Shown: positions 28,841 through 32,000 of the stretch, in pieces
How the letters are laid out: each line of letters opens with the position of its first letter
Position numbering within the stretch: the stretch's first letter is position 1
From: Pseudomonas aeruginosa
GTDB taxonomy: Bacteria; Pseudomonadota; Gammaproteobacteria; Pseudomonadales; Pseudomonadaceae
Reading direction: 5' to 3'
NCBI RefSeq assembly: GCF_001457615.1
Contig: NZ_LN831024.1
Span: forward strand, 5,100,001 to 5,132,000
Length of the DNA stretch: 32,000 nt
Notes under the pieces: generated by a model
The model's database searches: none
The model's input: only the letters and a program-made list of their open reading frames with translations
Told to the model about the DNA's origin: nothing
Translations under genes and position numbers: made by a program

Positions 28841-29799
28841 CCGACGAACGCCTCGCGATCCTGGCGCAACAGGCTGAGCAGCCAGAGGAAGTCTTCCGGC
28901 AGCGGCGACTCCCACTTCATGCGCACGCCGGTGGCCGGGTGATCCAGTTCGAGGAAGCGCGCGTGCAGCGCCTGCCGGGGGAACTCACGAAGAGTCTGGA
29001 CCAGGGTCTGGCTGGCCACCGGGGGAATCCTGAAGCGCCCACCGTAGACCGGATCGCCGACCAGGGGATAGCCGATATGGCTCATGTGCACGCGGATCTG
29101 GTGGGTACGCCCGGTCTCCAGCTTGACCCGAGTATGGGTGTGCGCACGGAAGCGTTCCAGCACGCGGTAATGGCTGACCGCCACCTTGCCGGCGTCGACC
29201 ACCGCCATCTTCTGCCGCTGCACGCCATGCCGTCCGATCGGCGCATCGATGGTGCCGCCGGAGGTGATCACGCCGATCACGATCGCCTCGTAGATGCGGC
29301 TGACCGACCGTGCCTGCAGTTGCGCCACCAGCTTGGTGTGGGCCTCCAGCGTCTTGGCCACCACCATCAGGCCGGTCGTGTCCTTGTCCAGGCGGTGGAC
29401 GATCCCGGCGCGCGGCACATTGGCGATGTCCGGGACATGGTAGAGCAAGGCATTCAGCAGGGTGCCGTCCTGATGGCCGGCAGCCGGATGGACCACCAGG
29501 CCGGCGGGCTTGTCGATCACCAGGATGTGCTCGTCCTCGTAGACGATTTCCAGCTCGATGTCCTGTGCGAGCCACTCGCCCTGGGCTTCCTGCTCGGCCT
29601 CCAGGACCAGTTGCGCGCCGCTGTGGACGATGTCGCGCGGGCGCAGCACGGCGCCGTCGACGGTCAGGCGACCGTCCTTGATCCAGCCGGCCAGACGGGA
29701 GCGGGAGTGTTCGGGAAAAAGCTGGGCGGCGATCTGGTCGAGACGCTGGCCACCCAGCTCGAACGGCACCTCGGCCGCGCGTTGAATCATATCGGACAT
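28837..29799 (-). CDS. rluD: 23S rRNA pseudouridine(1911/1915/1917) synthase RluD
   Basis: 320 aa. An S4 domain followed by the RluA-family catalytic motif HRLDKDTTGLMVVAK. Confidence 0.95.
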   Translation of the reverse strand: MSDMIQRAAEVPFELGGQRLDQIAAQLFPEHSRSRLAGWIKDGRLTVDGAVLRPRDIVHSGAQLVLEAEQEAQGEWLAQDIELEIVYEDEHILVIDKPAGLVVHPAAGHQDGTLLNALLYHVPDIANVPRAGIVHRLDKDTTGLMVVAKTLEAHTKLVAQLQARSVSRIYEAIVIGVITSGGTIDAPIGRHGVQRQKMAVVDAGKVAVSHYRVLERFRAHTHTRVKLETGRTHQIRVHMSHIGYPLVGDPVYGGRFRIPPVASQTLVQTLREFPRQALHARFLELDHPATGVRMKWESPLPEDFLWLLSLLRQDREAFVG

Positions 29800-29944
29800 G
29801 AGTAGGAGACGATGCTCAGCGCGGCTTTTGGAATCGGCTACGCGCTGTGGTTAAATACGGGGTCTTTGTCCCAGGGGGTGCCTGGGGCGCCAATCATAAC
29901 AGACGGTTGAGGCCAAGCCGACCGTCCCAGGGACGCAAGCCGCC

Positions 29945-30970
29945 ATGCAAGTGAAACACCTGCTGCTGATCGCCATCCTCGCCCTCACCGCAGCCTGCTC
30001 CTCGAACAAGGAGACTGTCGACGAGAACCTGAGCGAGAGCCAGCTGTACCAGCAGGCGCAGGACGACCTCAACAACAAGAGCTACAACAGCGCCGTCACC
30101 AAGCTGAAAGCCCTCGAGTCGCGCTATCCCTTCGGCCGCTACGCCGAGCAGGCCCAGCTCGAGCTGATCTACGCCAACTACAAGAACATGGAGCCCGAAG
30201 CCGCCCGCGCCGCCGCCGAACGCTTCATCCGCCTGCATCCGCAGCACCCCAACGTCGACTACGCCTACTACCTCAAGGGCCTGTCCTCCTTCGACCAGGA
30301 CCGCGGCCTGCTGGCGCGCTTCCTGCCGCTGGACATGACCAAGCGCGACCCGGGCGCCGCCCGCGACTCCTTCAACGAGTTCGCCCAGCTCACCAGCCGC
30401 TTCCCCAACAGCCGCTACGCCCCGGACGCCAAGGCGCGCATGGTGTACCTGCGCAACCTGCTGGCGGCCTACGAAGTGCACGTCGGCCACTACTACCTGA
30501 AGCGCCAGGCCTATGTCGCCGCCGCCAACCGCGGTCGCTACGTGGTGGAGAACTTCCAGGAAACCCCGGCAGTCGGCGATGGCCTGGCGATCATGGTCGA
30601 AGCCTACCGTCGCCTGGGTCTCGACGACCTGGCCAGCACCAGCCTGGAAACCCTCAAGCTGAACTATCCGGATAACGCCAGCCTCAAGGATGGCGAGTTC
30701 GTCGCCCGCGAAAGCGAGGCCGACACCCGCTCCTGGCTGGCCAAGGCCACCCTGGGCCTGATCGAGGGCGGCGAGCCGCCGCCGCACATGGAAACCCAGG
30801 CCGCCAAGGACGTGATCAAGCAGTACGAGGATGCCGAGCGGGAGATCCCCGCCGAACTGAAGCCGGAAAACCAGGATCACAGCGCCGACGACGAGAAGCC
30901 GGAGAGCGATGACGACGAAGACTCCGGCCGCTCCTGGTGGAGCTACATGACCTTCGGTCTCTTCGACTGA
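29945..30970 (+). CDS. bamD: Outer-membrane protein assembly factor BamD (ComL)
   Basis: 341 aa. Lipobox LTAAC|SS, TPR-like body and an acidic C-terminal tail. Divergent from rluD, as in other gammaproteobacteria. Confidence 0.92.
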
Positions 30971-30984
30971 TCGCACGAAACACC

Positions 30985-31013
30985 GAAGGGAGGCGCAGGC
31001 CTCCCTTCTTTTT
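30985..31013 (+). terminator. bamD rho-independent terminator
   Basis: GAAGGGAGGC-gcag-GCCTCCCTTC-TTTTT. Confidence 0.85.
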
Positions 31014-31126
31014 GCCCGCCGCCATGCCTCTCCCAGCGCCAAACGCCGCACAGCCTGGACCTTCCCGGCTGGGATCGAGCCGGCGGCTTGGCTAAACTGC
31101 AGCTTTCTCCAGCCTCCGAGATCACC

Positions 31127-31372
31127 ATGGGCCTTTTCCGCCTCCTGTTCTGGATCGCCCTGATCGCCATCGCGTTCTGGCTCTGGCGTCGCTTTACCCG
31201 TCCCACTCCGCGCCAGCAGCAACGTCCGCAGGACGAGCCGAGCGCATCGCCGATGGTCCGCTGCGCCCATTGCGGCGTCCACGTGCCGCAGGCCAACGCC
31301 CTCGCCCACGAACAACGCTGGTATTGCAGCCAGGCGCACCTGCGCCAGGACCAGGGCGACCGTGCGCGCTGA
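31127..31372 (+). CDS. Small membrane-anchored zinc-ribbon protein (PP0621-like family; name from memory)
   Basis: The ATG at 31127 gives MGLFRLLFWIALIAIAFWLWRRF (a TM anchor), then a Pro/Gln linker, then CAHCGVHVP…YCSQAH (a C-x2-C…C-x3-H motif). The track start at 31088 is a TTG. The stop overlaps the pilS start by 11 nt. Confidence 0.6.
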   Translation: MGLFRLLFWIALIAIAFWLWRRFTRPTPRQQQRPQDEPSASPMVRCAHCGVHVPQANALAHEQRWYCSQAHLRQDQGDRAR

Positions 31373-32000
31373 ACGGCTACGGCTGAGCGAGGAGCAGGGG
31401 CAACGCATCCTCCGTCTGTACCACCTGTACCGCCTGACCATCGGCCTGGTACTGGTCCTGCTGATCTCCAGCGAACTGGAAGATCAGGTCCTCAAGCTCG
31501 TCCACCCTGAACTGTTCCATGTCGGCAGTTGGTGCTACCTGGTCTTCAACATCCTGGTCGCGCTGTTCCTGCCGCCGTCACGGCAATTGCTGCCGATCTT
31601 CATCCTCGCGCTCACCGACGTACTGATGCTTTGCGGCCTGTTCTACGCAGGTGGCGGCGTACCCAGCGGCATCGGCAGCCTGCTGGTGGTGGCGGTGGCC
31701 ATTGCCAACATCCTGCTGCGCGGGCGCATCGGCCTGGTCATCGCGGCGGCGGCCAGCCTCGGCCTGCTCTACCTGACCTTCTTCCTCAGCCTGAGCAGTC
31801 CGGACGCCACCAACCACTACGTCCAGGCCGGCGGCCTCGGCACCCTGTGCTTCGCCGCCGCGCTGGTGATCCAGGCTCTGGTGCGGCGCCAGGAGCAGAC
31901 CGAAACGCTGGCCGAAGAACGCGCCGAGACGGTCGCCAACCTGGAGGAACTCAACGCATTGATCCTGCAGCGCATGCGCACCGGCATCCTCGTGGTCGAT
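31362..32000 (+). CDS. pilS: Sensor histidine kinase PilS, N-terminal 213 codons (runs off the right edge)
   Basis: Not in the ORF track. GTG at 31362 opens a frame that stays open to position 32000. Translation reads MRAERLRLSEEQGQRILRLYHLYRLTIGLVLVLLISS… with six hydrophobic segments, as expected for the PilS membrane domain. The position after bamD matches P. aeruginosa. Confidence 0.85.
   Translation, partial: MRAERLRLSEEQGQRILRLYHLYRLTIGLVLVLLISSELEDQVLKLVHPELFHVGSWCYLVFNILVALFLPPSRQLLPIFILALTDVLMLCGLFYAGGGVPSGIGSLLVVAVAIANILLRGRIGLVIAAAASLGLLYLTFFLSLSSPDATNHYVQAGGLGTLCFAAALVIQALVRRQEQTETLAEERAETVANLEELNALILQRMRTGILVVD

Noticed and set aside
29894-31441. A 515-aa minus-strand ORF spanning bamD, its terminator and the small zinc-ribbon gene.
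   Set aside because: It crosses a rho-independent terminator and an intergenic region. It is antisense to bamD and its sequence is low-complexity.

Overview
This is a high-GC gammaproteobacterial chromosome segment. From the proteins and gene order I recognise it as the Pseudomonas aeruginosa type IV pilus core locus and its flanks. From memory it is collinear with PAO1 PA4520-PA4546; no database search was possible.

Gene order, left to right:
- 5' end of an MCP-like gene, then ampE-ampD, a DUF1631 gene and nadC.
- tRNA-Thr, then tfpO-pilA, a group I (strain-1244-type) glycosylated-pilin cassette with clearly lower GC.
- The divergent operon pilB-pilC-pilD-coaE-yacG.
- Two tightly coupled clusters of conserved hypothetical genes: (a) GNAT / periplasmic protein / polytopic membrane protein / small acidic protein; (b) DUF1780 / MOSC / 56-aa membrane peptide.
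- ndh, an AFG1/ZapE-like ATPase, and the two-partner secretion pair lepB-lepA.
- A tRNA-Asn/Pro/Lys operon, clpB, pgeF-rluD and bamD.
- A small membrane-anchored zinc-ribbon gene and the first 213 codons of pilS. pilS is absent from the ORF track because it runs off the window.

I see no IS element, integrase, CRISPR array, toxin-antitoxin pair or recognisable defence system. Honestly, most of the window is well-known core genome.

The parts that deserve a second look:
- The 54-bp tandem array in lepA, which contains a perfect 104-bp copy pair 108 bp apart.
- The two uncharacterised, translationally coupled operons between yacG and ndh.
- The AT-rich palindromic control region between the DUF1631 gene and nadC.
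- The terminator-separated pilA/tfpO arrangement.
- The small zinc-ribbon ORF that overlaps the pilS start.

The long antisense ORFs in the track are GC-driven shadow ORFs.
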